A DNA stretch of 64,000 nt from an uncultured bacterium (lineage in GTDB: Bacteria > Verrucomicrobiota > Verrucomicrobiia > Limisphaerales > UBA8199): NCBI GenBank assembly GCA_963749495.1, contig CAVVMW010000018.1:192001-256000 (forward strand), written 5' to 3'. The position numbers and the translations under genes were made by a program. The first letter of the stretch is position 1; each line of letters opens with the position of its first letter. Below the pieces are notes generated by a model. That model did no database searches and was not told where the DNA came from. It worked only from the letters and a program-made list of their open reading frames with translations. Of this stretch, positions 63,284 through 64,000 are shown in pieces.

Positions 63284-64000
63284 ATGAGAGAGACAGTTCA
63301 TCCTGTGCTTGGCCAGGAGACCTTCCTGGTGCTGGTGCTGGCTGGTGAGTGGCTCTGTTTCAACGGGCTGGGCCGGGGGTTCGGCTCGGTGGACAACACC
63401 TGCGACATTGTCCGGCACTCGGCCGAAATCGGTCTGCTGGCGCTGGTGATGACGCCGATCATCCTGAGCGGGGGCATCGACCTGTCGGTGGGCTCGCTGC
63501 TGGGTCTTTGCGGGATCGTGTTTGGCAAGCTGTGGCGCGATGCGGGCTTGCCCTGGGGGCTGGCCGCAGCCGGGGCGCTGGGCCTGGGGGCGCTGGCCGG
63601 CGGGGTCAACGCGGGGCTCATCGCCGGCCTGCGGCTGCCGCCGCTCATCGTGACGCTGGGCACCTGGTCGCTCTTTCGCGGGCTGGCCGAGGCCCTCACG
63701 GGCGGCGTGGACACCTTCACCAATTTCCCGCCCTCGTTCCTGTTCCTGGGCCAGGACCGGCTGTTGGGCGTGCCCGGCCCAGGCCTTCATTTTCCTGGCG
63801 GTCGCGGCTGCTCTCTGGCTGCTGGTCCATCGCACCGTCGTGGGCCGCTCGTTGCGGGCCATCGGGTTCGCCCCGGAGGGCGCGCTCTATGCCGGCCTGC
63901 CGGTGGAGCGGCGCCTGGCCCTGGTGTATGTGCTGGCCGGGGCGGTGGCGGGCCTGGCGGCCATCCTCTATACCGCGCGCGTCGGCCAGGCGCGGGCCGA
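63284..64000 (+). CDS. second sugar ABC transporter permease (frameshifted; runs off window end)
   Basis: GLLALVMTPIILSGGIDLSVGS, LPPLIVTLGT, GRSLRAIG read from the DNA. Confidence 0.8.
   Translation, partial: MRETVHPVLGQETFLVLVLAGEWLCFNGLGRGFGSVDNTCDIVRHSAEIGLLALVMTPIILSGGIDLSVGSLLGLCGIVFGKLWRDAGLPWGLAAAGALGLGALAGGVNAGLIAGLRLPPLIVTLGTWSLFRGLAEALTGGVDTFTNFPPSFLFLGQDRLLGVPGPGLHFPGGRGCSLAAGPSHRRGPLVAGHRVRPGGRALCRPAGGAAPGPGVCAGRGGGGPGGHPLYRARRPGAGR

Noticed and set aside
1..64000. tRNA, rRNA or prophage genes
   Set aside because: None recognised by eye; tRNAscan-SE and Infernal were not run

Overview
GC-rich bacterial chromosomal window, most likely Verrucomicrobiota/PVC (inferred from the PVC-type CxxCH heme protein, the H-X9-DG prepilin-like protein and an ECF sigma/Ser-Thr kinase pair). 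It carries housekeeping and carbohydrate genes (glgB end, tdh-kbl, holB, two Hsp20s, TIM-barrel isomerases, MFS and sugar ABC transporters) and a dense population of REP-like palindromes and 7/9/12-nt tandem repeats. Accessory elements: (1) a complete ISKra4-family IS with TIRs and a 9-bp TSD; (2) a three-gene cluster encoding a COMM-domain-like protein, a coiled-coil protein and an MBL hydrolase; (3) a 2.7-kb tyrosine recombinase + IS91-type transposase element whose ends rebuild an attC-like hairpin and which sits at the G|TT of a REP palindrome; (4) a type I R-M operon interleaved with two toxin-antitoxin-like pairs, lying between truncated cytochrome c/porin genes; (5) two ~99% identical 800-nt ORF-less group II introns, each inserted after a consecutive 9-nt unit of a host tandem repeat. 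Many genes, including holB, have single-base frameshifts that are probably sequencing errors. All calls are by eye; no database searches were run.
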